From NCBI RefSeq assembly GCF_006345805.1, contig NC_043002.1:99634001-99698000 (forward strand): a stretch of 64,000 bases of DNA. The letters are read 5' to 3'. Below the pieces are notes generated by a model. That model was not told the DNA's origin, did not search any database, and saw nothing but the letters and a program-made list of their open reading frames with translations. This stretch comes from Octopus sinensis. Its lineage: Eukaryota. Below, piece after piece: positions 1 through 13,397 of the stretch (the first letter of the stretch is position 1; every line of letters begins with the position of its first letter). Made by a program: the position numbers and the translations under genes.

Positions 1-1876
1 TCCAGCTGACCGTAAAATTGATTTAGTTTATCCTTATCTCAAATATAGGGTATTTCATAAGCTGAAAGTAGAATTTGTAGTATCAAGCACTACAATACAT
101 CGCTTGGGACTTTAGTTCTGAATCCGTAAAGTTCCTTTACTGCATCAAATATGATGTTAACATTATCTCTCCTGCATAAATTAGGTTGTTGATATTAACT
201 CTTCTGCATTAAATATGTTAACACTGAATATGTTACACTAGCTAATCTGAATTATTCCAGCCCGGATATATATTGCCTTTTCTGTATCAGAAAAGGCAAT
301 ATATATATATAAGGTGGGTTTTACTAAGTCGCTCAATTTATTCGAAATCACTCTCTTTTTAAGAAAAGTACCGCTTCAAACACAATGGGGATAATGAAGC
401 CCATAGTATACTTATAGAAATGTATATAGTACACTTATATACATAGTACAATTATATAAATAAATAACGAACATGAATGACATAACTGAAGGAACAACAT
501 GTATAATTGACATAGTTCTAAATATCTATTAGCATTTTTTTTTATTTCATTAGAAATATCTGTAATTGCTAATGATTAGTTTACCATTAGAGCTTCGTTC
601 TTTTTGCACACCAACATTATAGGTTTGGCATTCTAAATGAATGCGTTTAAAACGTTGAAGAATGAATTAGAAAAGTAGTTGCCATCACTTTTCCTCATAA
701 TTAATAGTGATTTGTTTTACTACCTATCACAAGAAACCACATCTTTAAAAAATGTGTCCTGAAATAAATCTATGATCCCAGTTTTGACCGTTCCGCATAT
801 GTGTCTTCCCAGGTAATGTGTTCTTAACACTGCATCATCTAGCCCAGTGTTCCACAACCGGTATGGTAGGTGTGCCGTGGTGTAACTTGAATATAAGATT
901 TTCCTTATACTTTTAGTTGTAGTTTTGGTTCAAGTGTACCGCCGAATTTTGAAAAGAATATACGTGAATTGCGAAGCACTGTATTCTAGATTCTAATCTC
1001 ATATACCGTTATTATTCTTTTACTCATACGTTACATGATAACTTTAACTGACATATATATTAAGCTGACCAATTTCAGAGAGGACTCCCAGCTAACTCAT
1101 CTAATATTTTGTTCGATGGACTCTATGTGATAGTGAAAGAAAGATGAGCAATGGGCAATTAATAATGATGTTTATTTCAATTAGTTATATTTTAACACAT
1201 CTAAAATTTTATCAGCATAGACATATCACAGTCATTTACATTCTTTTGATATGGTCGGTACCAAATTGAATACCGTTACGCATTTTTCTTCATTTATTTA
1301 ATGTTCTCAATGCCATGCAAACAACCTTTAGGCATAAATATATTAAACTATATTAAATTATATCAAACTTTATAATTCCTTTCTTTATTGTAAAATGTTG
1401 TATTTTAGCTCCAGGTCTACTCTGATCTATCGTTTCTATATTCAAAAGATATTCCGACCATGAATGTCTTATCGTTATTTTTTCCTTTCCGGTTACCATC
1501 TAACTAGGATTACATTATAAAATATGTGCATTTCTAAGAATGTAAGGAAGATATTAAGGAGCTGTAACCGATGTGACTCACATACCCAGCTGCTATGCAT
1601 TCGTATGTCATAATTAATGAAATATGAGGTAAAATATTCCAGAGGTAACAATCTGGTTATTTATTCATACCACATTATCTTTTCAATATTGCATTATTCA
1701 GTGTAGTATTATATATATACATATATGTTAGTGCGCATGTGAAAATTGCAGGTAATGTGCTGTAATCTAAAATGCAAATATGTTATATCCGCCTCTATAA
1801 GGACTGGCTATAAGCAATGTATCAAGCTAGCTTGTACATATATGATCAAGCAAGTGGTATCAGGTCAGAGAATGAC

Positions 1877-1939
<63 letters not shown>

Positions 1940-1973
1940 ATATATTAAATCTTTGAGCGAGGTTTACACTATC

Positions 1974-2175
1974 GTGAAGTATATTTGCCACCTAAATGTG
2001 CCTAACCCTTAAGGGCGGATGCTACTGTAGCTTGTACCCCCAGAAGGACACCTCCTCCAACTGAGTGTGTCAATAGCCATCTGGAGGAAGTGTCCTCTTG
2101 GAGCTAGAAGCTACAGTAGCATCCACCCTTACACCCTCAAGAGTTAGCCACATTTAAGTGGCAAATATACTTCAC
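1974..2175. mobile_element. Fold-back/MITE-like element, internally deleted relative of 60620-60973
   Basis: Inverted arms GTGAAGTATATTTGCCAC...GGACACCTCCTCCA / TGGAGGAAGTGTCC...GTGGCAAATATACTTCAC with a short spacer; arms homologous to those at 60620-60973. Confidence 0.85.
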
Positions 2176-2699
2176 AATATTGCTTGTCTGTTTAAACTTT
2201 TACTCGCTCTTTCTCTCTGTATTTCTCTCTTAATCTGTGTATATATATGATATACATATACGTGTATATAATTGTATATATATGTGTATATATATATGCG
2301 TGTGTGTGTATGTTTATATATATATATACTTATATGTATGAATGTGTGTATGTAACTATGTATAACTATTAATTGTGTATGGTATAATATTTGGGAAGTT
2401 TTGCAATTAACGCTAGCATGTCAAGTGAATATTCAGAAGTCCGATCTGTTGTGAGTTTGAATACTGATTGTTTCCCTTGTATTGCAAAACAAGCCATTTT
2501 GAAGGAACTTATAAATCAATGGCAAAAACTTGATACTTGCATAGCTCTATACCTTATCGCATATCGAACGATAAAAGGCATAGTTTTTGACGGTAGAATT
2601 TGAACTCAGAACTTAATGATTCGAAGCATATAATGTAGAACACATTTGGAAACGCTTTAATTATACCGATCATTTTCCACGTTAGATCTTAGAAGAATT

Positions 2700-3030
2700 T
2701 TTCAAATTTTGAGGGGCGGAGGTAATTCGACTAAATTGTCCTCAACTAGTACTTATTTAACCGACCCCAAAAGGTTAAAAGCCTGAGATATGTTCGGGAG
2801 ATTTGACCCCGAAACTTAAGGGGCACTTTGGGCATAAGCTCATGGTGGTGAGGAGCTCAATCGAATAAAACGATACCAGTGTTCAACTCGTGCTTATTAA
2901 TCGATCACATAATGATGAAAAGTAAAATTGACATCGGCGGAATATGAATGCAGAACGCAAACACGGACGAAATGCCTCTAAGCATTTTGCCCGTCGTTTA
3001 AACTATTTTGCCAGATCGCTGTCTTACTTT
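2700..3030 (-). mobile_element. Degenerate tandem SINE family C fragments
   Basis: Reverse-strand matches to the GCCGAGGTCGACTTTGCCTTTCATCC and GCAAAATGCTTAG motifs of family C. Confidence 0.6.
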
Positions 3031-3680
3031 GGCTTAATACTGAAATTAGATCTTGAACGAAAAATGGGATTCAAATGTTGCAATATAATATAAGGGCATA
3101 GCTTATACTATTTTTATACATCCCTATAATAAACAAATGTAGTGTTAATCGAAATATGTTCTCCGACCATAAGATGAATGTTTTATTCCCTGTCAAAGGT
3201 GAAATAATTGTAAATTCGAAACGCTGCCTTGAAACAATATGCAGATTTTATACACCCATATAATAATGAGGTTCGAACATGATTGATTGCGTTCTGCTTA
3301 CACATTCTGCTGATCTCTAATCTAATAGAAACGAGAAAAAGCGAATGCACGAACACTATTAGATCATAAAAATCACCATTATTGCCGATGGTGAATTCTG
3401 TTGTCAATATTTTATCAGTGGATATGTTACAACGATTCGAATGCGAGATCATTAAATATGGGTCAGGTTATGGTTGAGAGAAAATAAAAGGTTATCAAAT
3501 CAAACTACTCTTTCTTATTAGCATCACAGAATGCTCGGAATGTGTAGCCATGCTATTATAAACAGTATATAGAAAAAATATGGGGTTAAGATTATTCAAC
3601 CAAATTAATTTTGTTCTACGTTGTGTAAGATATAACTTTTTGACAAGCCACTCGGTATTACTATCTGTCTATACTTATGC

Positions 3681-3719
<39 letters not shown>

Positions 3720-3925
3720 TGAACATACACACACAGTAACTTAGTTATTCTGCAAAACTAACACATCGGTTCTGCGAAAGAGACCATTAGAATAAGTATT
3801 AGGCTTACGAAGAACATGTTCTGAGGTTGATTTGCTCCACGAAACGGGTGCTCCAGCATGGCACAGTCGAAATGACTGAAGCAAATGAAAGAATACGACG
3901 AAAGAAAGAATATAACATAAATATG

Positions 3926-3973
<48 letters not shown>

Positions 3974-4309
3974 ATACATATATATATCATACATATATAT
4001 ATAATATATAATATATATAACGTATATAATATATATATATATATATATATGTAATATATAAATGTATATTATGTATAAATATTACATAGATATACTATAT
4101 ATTCATATAATATATATATATAAATATATATATACAATATAATACATATACACAATATATATAATATACATATATCTATTCACATATTATAATATATATA
4201 TAATATATATATACTATACCTACACACATATATACACATATATATTCATATATATATATATACATACATATTCACACAAACACACATATATATATATATA
4301 TTATAATTA

Positions 4310-4520
4310 CTCTTTTACCTGTTTCAGTCATTTGACTGTGGCCATGCTGGAGCACCACCATTAATTGAGCAAATCGACCCCGGGACTTATTCTTTTGTAA
4401 GCCCAGTGTTTATTCTATCGGTTCTTTTTGCCGAACCCCTAAGTAACGGGGACACAAACACACCAGTATCGGTTGTCAAGCAATGCTAAGGGAACAAACA
4501 CAGACACACAAACACACACA

Positions 4521-4561
<41 letters not shown>

Positions 4562-4731
4562 GTATATGCGACGGGCTTCTTTCTGTTTCCGTCTACCAAA
4601 TCCACTCACAAGGCTTTGGTCGGCCCGAGGCTGTGGTAGAAGACACTCGCCCAAGGCTCCACGCAGTGGGACTGAACCCGGAACCATGTGGTTAGTAAAC
4701 AAGCTACTTACCACACAGCCACTCCTGCGAC
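4310..4731 (-). mobile_element. tRNA-derived SINE family A, full length, with internal TA/CA microsatellite
   Basis: A/B-box-like head, GGCACCTTGGGCAAGTGTCT core (CORE-SINE-like, by recollection similar to octopus OR SINEs), 3' end CCAGCATGGCCACAGTCAAATGACTGAAAC. Confidence 0.9.
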
Positions 4732-5199
4732 TTAGTAAAAATTATTTAGTAAAAAATTGGTAATCTTTACTTACACCATTTCTATTAGAGCTAAATGGGT
4801 AAATTAAAATTTGATTTTGTAACTCTTGACGAATACATAACAAATTCCATATCTCCTTCTTTACGCTCCTTGTCATTTACCTATTATATAATAATGGAAA
4901 CGGCTGTAAGAATTAAAGATTTACCAATTTTATAATGATAAATATTTATTATCTTAACTCTCCATTTTTCCTTCATTTAACTGAACATGAACTTTATTCT
5001 TAATATATACCCATTGATTTACAGAAATTTCATTTCCCAAGATTATTAAGTATATAACCTTTCTTTTCTTGGATACAACGATCACTGTTTACGAGGTTAA
5101 CTTATCCTGTAAGCAACTTTAATAGTTAATAATCAATATTTGCTTATTGCCGTAGTAATAAATAAAAAGGATTATACTGCTAAAATGGAGAGTATAGAA

Positions 5200-5570
5200 A
5201 GTGGTACATCTTTAAATGATGTACATATTCCACCTAAGAAAGAATATATAAAGGACATAATAACTAAATCTAATGAATTTATCCCTTGACTCCGAAGGAA
5301 AACTTTTCACTTTGACAAAACACAAGGTTCACTAAATATATTTATATAGGTAACCGGAATAAATTACTAAAACTTTGAAACCAAGAAAATCTCGCAAACT
5401 TATCACCATCTTCAACCATTCGAACAAGAACTATGGACTATAATCGAAAATATCTAAGTTCTCAAACATCCACAAAAATGTACACCAGAAAACAACATAC
5501 GGATTTCATAACGACAAAACAATGTGCATAACATCAACCAGTATAATGAACTTCAAAAAACGAAATCATA
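5200..5570 (+). pseudogene. Penelope-like element ORF N-terminal remnant
   Basis: Reads SLNDVHIPPKKEYIKDIITKSNEFIP*LRRKTFHF and, after a frameshift, FETKKISQTYHHLQPFEQELWTIIENI; resembles the PLE N-terminal pattern SLKNIPIP...FIKRMRWKAFF...FEXDL. Confidence 0.65.
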
Positions 5571-5585
5571 AAAAATATCAAATAT

Positions 5586-5750
5586 AGGCGCAGTAGTGGC
5601 TGTGTGGTAAGTAGCTTGCTTATAAACCAAATGGTTCTGGGTTCAGTTCCACTGCGTGGCACCTTGGACAAGTGTTTTCTACTATAGCCTCGGGCCGACC
5701 AAAGCCTTGCGAGTGGATTTGGTAGATGGAAACTGAAAGAAGCCCATCGT
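5586..5750 (+). mobile_element. SINE family A, 5' half
   Basis: GGCGCAGTAGTGGCTGTGTGGTAAG...GAAGCCCATCGT. Confidence 0.9.
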
Positions 5751-6094
5751 AATACTGAAATAGTGGAGAAGATATGATATTGCTCTGGGCTTGCTCTAGG
5801 CAAGAAGTTGAACATTTTTTTGCCCATGAAACTACATGGACCCTGAGTAAGGCATGTGTAAAATTTGAATGAAATTGGTTGTGTAGTTCTCAAGTTTTAG
5901 GGAAAAATACAGACATACAGACAGACAGACAGACAGACACACATTCCCAGTTTTATATATAGAGAGATAACTAATTTCAACGGATTTCGCCCAAATTTGA
6001 CTTCTATATTACTTAGTTTCGTTTGAAATAAAGAACTTGATTAGCTTAATAATCGTAACTTAATCCCGGGCAAGGCCGGGTTATACTGCTAGTA
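5750..6094 (+). mobile_element. Non-autonomous Helitron-like element fragment
   Basis: (CAGA)n run, then terminal hairpin CCCGGGCAAGGCCGGG and CTAGT; the same terminus closes the Helitron remnant near 25403. Confidence 0.55.
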
Positions 6095-6629
6095 TACAGT
6101 TATTTAAAATTTCTTCAACTTATTGGCATTGATTGATTAATTTTAGTCGGTATGTTCTTTTATATATTTAAAGGACTATGAATGTTTATGTAAATACACG
6201 TTTATATATACATATATCTCATAATTGGATATTTTACTTCTGTTATTTTTTTTTTTACTTTTATAATATTTAATTTAAATTTTCTTCATCATATTTTATT
6301 TCCATTTTTACTTTATTTAATTTTTTTATTCTATCTTATTCTTTACTTTGTCTTATCACCCGTTATATTGTAACTGATCTGTTAACCCTTCACCCACACA
6401 TAACAATAAAAAGTCACAACTCCTTATTGAATCTGCTTGCATGAATGGAAAGGGTCACACGTAATATCTTAATGTAGATATTGTTCTAATGATGTTATGC
6501 TCAAAACATATAACCTGAAATTTTAAAGCATGAATTTGTAATTTACCTGTTGAGTACTACTGAAAACGACTGTAAATTACCAATACTTATAGCTATTATC
6601 TTAACTTTCCATTTTCTTTCCTCATTTAA

Positions 6630-6960
6630 CTGACCATGAAGATTCCGAGTTCAATTCCAGACAGTACCTTGAATAAATAATAATAATAATAATAATAATA
6701 ATATTAACAACAACAACAAAAACAACAACAATGATAATAATAATAAAAATAATAATAATAATAAATAAAAAATAAAATTTTTAAATAAAAAAAAAAAAGA
6801 AGAAGGATAATATCAGCAAAAATACCTTAGGAATGAGAACCCAGGGTTGGGTTCAAATTTCTACCAAGGCACCTGATAAACACTGGAGAGTAAATCAGCC
6901 GAAACATTGTGATAACAACAAACAAGATGAGAACAAATATCCCTCTCATGTAAATAATGA
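6630..6960 (+). mobile_element. tRNA-headed SINE with degenerate hammerhead tail (family H, copy 1)
   Basis: B-box GAGTTCAATTCC, (AAT/AAC)n, then ACCTTAGGAATGAGAACC...CTGATAA...AGCCGAAACATTGTG; homologous to 39230-39590 and 39600-39840. Confidence 0.8.
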
Positions 6961-7331
6961 CTTTATGCCAGTCTAAGCTTTGTAGACTGAAGAATTCACT
7001 GTAGTGCATCTAGACACAACAAATTTCCTGTTGATAGGAGAGGCAAAACTGTTATATCATCAGTAACATCTAGCAGTCTGGTGGCTGTAGAAAGGCAGAA
7101 TCGATAGGGAGGAATGGATAAAATACCGCTTCATATTTCCCACACTGCTGAACTTTGACTCTGTTCTTTCTCAATGTCAATAAAATAAGTAATACTCAAA
7201 CTATGTGATCGATTACACGACCTCACTAGAAATATGAGACCTTGTCACCCAACTCTCAGGTATACTACCACACTCGTTGGAGTAAAAGGGAAAATATCTT
7301 GTCGTTAACTACTTCTCAATATCTTCCCAGT

Positions 7332-7401
7332 TCACATCCTAACAACTTCAAATTTGTCTTTCATCCATCTTGGGTAGATAAAGTTAGGTTCCAGGTAATT
7401 A
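7332..7401 (-). CDS. Candidate terminal coding exon of an unidentified host gene (NYLEPNFIYPRWMKDKFEVVRM*)
   Basis: Acceptor ATTTCTCCAG, phase 2, open to TGA; phase-compatible with 10741-10790. Confidence 0.3.
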
Positions 7402-7873
7402 CTGGAGAAATCTATTTCATTGTAACTAAATTAGAAATCACAATTATCTTTCATTTGTCCCAGTCATTAAACGCATTACTTGAACAAATCGTTCCCTGTA
7501 CTTACTTTTTAAGTTTAGTATTTATTCTATCAGCGACATTTGCCTAGCCTCGAGGTTATGAGGACGTAAGCAAACCAATACCAGTTGTCAAATGTATGGG
7601 TACAAACGCAAAGACAAGTATAAATAGAAAAACTTAAGCGCGCGCATGTGTGAATGTACTTCTATTTTGAATATAAAAACCTTTCCATGTACCAATATGT
7701 ATAAATACATGAGGTGGTCAATTTATATTCAAGGTATATATAAACTTATTTAAGCATTTTTCTATATTAACACGTCGGTAGGCATATGAGTGTTATTATA
7801 TGTGTCGATTTGTTTTTCTATTTCTGACTTTTCACTTAATCTAAAACTGTATGCAATATCTATGGCTATTCAT

Positions 7874-8000
<127 letters not shown>

Positions 8001-8393
8001 GGCGTAGAAGTAGCTCTGCGGTAAGTAGCTTACTTACCGACCACATGGTTCCGGGTTCAGTCCCACTGCGAGGCACCTTGGGCAAGTGTCTTCTTCTATA
8101 GCTTCGGGCCGACCAAAGGCTTGTCACTGGATTTGGTAGGCGGAAACTCAAAGAAGCCTGTCGTATATATGTATATGTGTGTGTATATTTGTGTGTCTGT
8201 GTTTGTCCCCCCCCCCCAACATTGTTTGACAACAGATGCTGGTGTGTTTACGTCCCCGTAACTTAGCGGTTCGACAAAAGAGACCGATAGAATGAGTACT
8301 AGACTTACATAGAATAAGCCCTGGGGTCGATTTGCTCGAGTAAAGGCGGTGCTTCAGCATGGCCAAAGTCAAATGACTGAAACAAATAAGAGA
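8001..8393 (+). mobile_element. SINE family A, full length
   Basis: Same head, core and tail as 4310-4731. Confidence 0.9.
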
Positions 8394-8409
8394 GTATATA
8401 TGCCACTAC

Positions 8410-8580
8410 ACACATTTTTCTCTCCTTGTTTTTCCTGTGTCTCTTTCTATAGAAGAGCGTAGGCTCGAAACATAAATGACTTTTTCTATTCCTGAGAGTT
8501 ATACTAATACATCTGTTTGTTTTGTACACCACCTTTCTTCGTCTTTTGTTTCTTTCGTAAATTCTCCCTATATATATATA
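8410..8580 (+). repeat. PLE pLTR-like repeat with degenerate hammerhead (GAGC-GTAG-GCTC family)
   Basis: AGAAGAGCGTAGGCTCGAAACAT plus downstream CCTTCGTCTTTTGTT, shared with 19330-19505 and 32940-33070. Confidence 0.65.
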
Positions 8581-9179
8581 TACACACACACACACATACA
8601 CATATATATGAGTGTGCGCGTGCGTGCGTATATAATGTGTGTGTGCAAATTTATATGTATGTTTACGTTCTTATTTCTTACTTTATATATTTGATAAGGA
8701 GATGTCATGTTGCATTGAGAACAATTATTTCAAATTACTATTCTATTACATTAGATTAAAAAAACAAACTTTCCCAACTATTTTATATAGCAATTATCCA
8801 GTGAGTCACGTGCAGCAATTGTTAAACTATTCACCCAGAATGTCGTTGCCTTAATCAAATAAGCCTGTTCAATCATTATAGACAGAGAGGTTTCTGTATA
8901 TGCTCCAATTTGTAAGTTAACTTTCAGTCTTCTATTTATTTTGAAATTGCTTACTATTTTCATTCAGTTTTCTAGTTGCCGTTAGTGGATTCTACTCCGT
9001 TGCAAGAATTCGCAAAATCGGGTTTTGGGAGCAAGGATACATTATTAGTCGTGGTTAATTCTGGTCTACCGAAAAGACACCTGTGGGCCTACCCTTCCTT
9101 CTTCTATTAAGGTGTGAGTCAGTAGAACAAATATTTATTCTAATTAATTCTATGATCTATGTTCAGTCCTACTGTGTGA

Positions 9180-9505
9180 CAGGTTGGGCAAGTGCCTTCT
9201 TGGGCCGACCAAAGCCTTTTTAATGGATTTGGTTAGCGGAAACTGAAAGAAGCTTCTAGTATGTGTGTGTGTGTGTGTGCGTGCGCGTGCCCATGTATGT
9301 TCCTTGTGTCTGTGTCAGCCCGCCCACCATCGCTTGACAACCGGTCTTTGTGTGTTCCCTGTAACTTAGCGGTTCGGCAACACATTGACAGAGTAAGCGC
9401 CACGCTTAAAAGATAAGGACTGGAGTCAATCCATTCGACGAAAATTGAAGACGGTGCCCCAGCATGGCCATAGTCGAATGGCTGAAACAAATAAAAGAAT
9501 AAAAA
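9180..9505 (+). mobile_element. SINE family A, 5'-truncated
   Basis: TTGGGCAAGTG...GGGCCGACCAAAGCC...CCCAGCATGGCCATAGTC. Confidence 0.85.
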
Positions 9506-10740
9506 ATACTGATATATGTGGTCCGTGTGTGTGGGTGTGTGAACGTGTTGTTATTCTTGTTGTCCTGTATGTCAGAATTCTACGTAATGCTGTATTCTCG
9601 TAGAAGACGTCTGGAGTTATTTAGGTAATTCCTTTTTAATTCGGATTGCGCATCCAATCAGGACTGATATGACCTGCAGTGTCGATAAAAATAAGTACGT
9701 AATTAAATACACTATTAGAAGCATCGCCCTCCTGGAGATATTGTTTATTAAATTCTGAATTGAGGTTTTGAATGAGCTCTAAACGTATTTAATAAATAAA
9801 CATGAAAGAGAGAGTGACAAATCAGTGAAATAATTGAAATAATTTTTTTTTTAATAAGTAAACACTTTTAAAACATTTAATAAGCTTTCAAGATTTTTAA
9901 GAATAAGCAAAATATATAAAACACGTAATGTGCAAAGGCATTAGTTGTTGGAAAACGTCTAAGTGGTGATTGTCAAGATAACTTAACAGATGATACTCTG
10001 ACCTAACCGGTAGTGGTTATAATATTGCACTTAAGCCATTGTTTCAAAAACAGATCTGTAGTTATCGTAATGGCAAAGCTCAGCTCTATGTTGGGGGTAA
10101 TACCACATTACTGAGATGGTTGTAATGAAACAACTGATCAGTATTTTTAATGATTCAGACCTGTGACGATTGTAAGATCAGTGGTGTCTGTAACGACACT
10201 GTTCAGTGCCATTTGCAATAAAATAACTGCGGAGGTTGTAACGAATCAGCAAGTCAACGGTTATAATAGCACATCAAAATTGTGGCTGTAAAAACATAGC
10301 TGAATTCAGATTGGTATGCGAAATTAATATTCTTTGTAATGATGAGATTCAACGGTAGTTTTAATGATACAATCTTGTGGTGGTTCAAATGATGAAGCTA
10401 ATATGATTTTAATAAAACAACTCAATTTTTTTTAAATAATATTGTTAGTTGTTTGTGAAAGAGCACTCTTAGATGAACTATTGTAAAAGCTATAATATAG
10501 CTCTGTGGCGCTGATAATAACTTCTGTGTTTGATGGAATGGTATAGTTAAGAGGTCTGTATAATGAAAGACTTCGGCAGTGAGAAAAATAACCTACACGA
10601 TAGGTGTCTTAGTTGTAAACTAATTATATTGTCCTTGGAAGAGCCGAACTAATCATATTCATGCCTCACAGAATCAGATTTATGTTGTCTTCTCCGAAGT
10701 TCATACACAGACATTTCATTCAATTCTCTGATCCAATTAC

Positions 10741-10790
10741 CTTTCTTGCCCTTTGTTATTGTACCCTTGCTGCCAAAATATTACACTCAG
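10741..10790 (-). CDS. Candidate internal exon (LSVIFWQQGYNNKGQE)
   Basis: NAGNAG acceptor TCTCAAGCAG, donor AAG|GTAATT, 50 nt, phase 0 to 2. Confidence 0.3.
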
Positions 10791-12548
10791 CTGCTTGAGA
10801 CAACAATGTTACTGCAACGCACGTATGTGCAATTTAATCAAATACAAGTAAAAACATAAATATTATCTCGTAAGTTTTAAAAAGATATCAGGGGAGATAG
10901 TCCAGTCATATATGTTAGTCTAATTGATGAATACTTTCTTTATCTTAAAACGCAGAAAATACAAACATTAAAAAAAAAACGTGTGCTTGCGTTTGTTTCT
11001 ATGGATGGATCTGTGTGTGAGTCAGGAAGAAAAGAAATTTATAAAATTTTCACCATTCAAAACCTTGTTCGTGATCGTGGAACAACATAATGATGATAGA
11101 TAGTCGGAACGGATTACATGTATGATATCTTGCACAATAACTCTGATCTTTATTGTAATTACCTAAAAGTCAATTGGAAAGTTTTTATGGCAACCTTTTG
11201 TTTCATAGTCTGATTTAATCGAAACTAAAATTTGACAACAAAAATGTTTAAAAAATCGACTTAGGAAAAACAAAATGAAACGTAGCTTTTCAGATATTAT
11301 GTGTGCCAGATAACAATGATTGTGTCGAGACCTGGCCAACCTATACCAGCTATGGTTTCTGCCTATAACAGATTTTACTATTTTTATTCATTTGTTTGTT
11401 CTTATATCTCCATGGCAGCAAGCATGTGCGCTGTTGAAATTCGTTTTTTTTTTCGAAGTCATTTCTTTTTACTAGCATCAGAATATGTGTGTATGAGTGA
11501 TGGCTGACATTAGTTGGTTTTAGAATATTTTATCTTAGATGTGGTTTATAGTTAGTGCTAAGATGTGAACCAATTCGTCTTTCCTAATACGTGTATAGGT
11601 GGTGTCTGCATCTTGTATTTGTATCTCTTTTAGAAAGAATAAAACCTATACCTATTGAGAAAGGTACAGGATGGTGTGCGAAAATACTTCAAGGGTTGGT
11701 TGGGCTTAAATAAACAAGAACTGTCTTGAAAATCAAACAGAAGCGGAATACACATACAACTTGTCAATGTGTTTGTAGACCTCAGATAATAATCTTTGCG
11801 CAACAAATTTGATATATGTTAAAATATACAAACAGTAAATTTTTGCTTTCCAAAATCTAAGAGAAAAAAATCTAAAATAATGGCTACATATAAATGTAAA
11901 ACCAATCGTTTTTGATGTTCAGCAATGTTTTGGCAGTTCTGGTTTATCTCCTAAAACTGCAGTTATTAATAACCTGAACAGTACATTGCCATAAACATTA
12001 TGACGATACTATTCAGAGTAACAAATTTTTAAACGGATAAAGACAGAAACCCGTGTAATATCTATGCCAGACTATTTTAAGATTCTCGCTAAAGGAATTA
12101 CAAGTGGGATCTTAACAGAACCCGGATATAAAAAAATAAATGAATAACTTCAATGATGCACACTGCAAAAAGTATTTCATAGAGAATTACAATCTGTTTT
12201 GGGATTTGATAATTTGTTAAAAACCTCATTGGATAGTATCATTTCTATGAAATACATAAATATTGGAAATTTTAATACATTTCAAATTATCCTTGAATAA
12301 ACAAATTACAATGACATAGAGAATCTACATTGAAATACAATTATTTCTTAATGAACTTCTGGAAGTGCATTATAAATGTAACACTCTGCATTATTCGTAG
12401 TTTCACGAAAGTAAGTCAAATACTCATAATGGGCGTTTGATTCCATGTGTAAATAAGAGAAATAAGCATTTGATTGTTAAGAAGTGATTTCTCTACATTA
12501 TGAGAATCTTGAGGGGATGTGATTCTGTTAATACAAATACGAAACATC

Positions 12549-12600
<52 letters not shown>

Positions 12601-12624
12601 GTGTGTGTGTGTGTGTGTGTGTGT

Positions 12625-12926
12625 GGAGGCGCAATGGCCCAGTGTTTAGGGCACCTGACTCGCGGTTGTAGGATCGCGGTTTCGATTCCCAAACCGGACG
12701 TTGTGAATGTTTATTGAGCGAAAACACCTAAAAGCTCCACGACGCTCCTGCGGGGGTGGTGGCGATCCCTGCTGTGCTCTTTCGCCACAACTTTCTCTCA
12801 CTCTTTCCTCTGTTGGCCTGCTCGCTTAGCCAGCGGGGTGGCATCATTTGGAGGCTAAAACAATGCGAAGCGCATTGTGACCAGCGATGTGTAGCATCAT
12901 CTGATAGCCTGGTCGGTCACGGTGAT
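12625..12926 (+). mobile_element. tRNA-derived SINE family B, tail type 1
   Basis: Head GGAGGCGCAATGGCCCAGTG...GGTTTCGATTCCC; tail ending GATAGCCTGGTCGGTCACGGTGAT. Confidence 0.9.
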
Positions 12927-12928
12927 AA

Positions 12929-12987
<59 letters not shown>

Positions 12988-12995
12988 ATATATAT

Positions 12996-13255
12996 AATTA
13001 TTAGAGAGTTATCCACTATGTGGATAACTCTAGTGCTAAAAATAGCTCCGAAGCAACCACAGAAGATCTGTTTCCAACTAGAATCAACATACATTTAGCG
13101 GAAGGAAGTGAAATACAACGAATTTTTATTCGTTGTATTTCACTTTCCTTCCGCTAAATGTATGTTGATTCTAGTTGAAACAGATCTTCTGTGGTTGCTT
13201 CGGAGCTATTTTTAGCACTAGAGTTATCCACATAGTGGATAACTCTCTAATAATT
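12996..13255. repeat. Near-perfect 260 bp palindrome
   Basis: Arms are reverse complements apart from two 1-nt indels; TTTT loop at 13124-13127. Confidence 0.95.
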
Positions 13256-13360
13256 TATGTATAAATTTGTATTTTCTCCGTAGTTTTTTGTGCTAAGCCA
13301 CTTGGTGTTAAATTAATGGTATTATTAAATTAATATCGATTTTTCACCCTCATTTATAAT

Positions 13361-13397
<37 letters not shown>

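Noticed and set aside
7260-7394. Plus-strand exon VYYHTRWSK...KVRFQ
   Set aside because: Could not be joined in phase to downstream candidates and overlaps a better minus-strand candidate
13007-13245. TTATCCACA DnaA-box-like motifs in the palindrome
   Set aside because: Eukaryotic repeat context; a chance match produced by the internal hairpin
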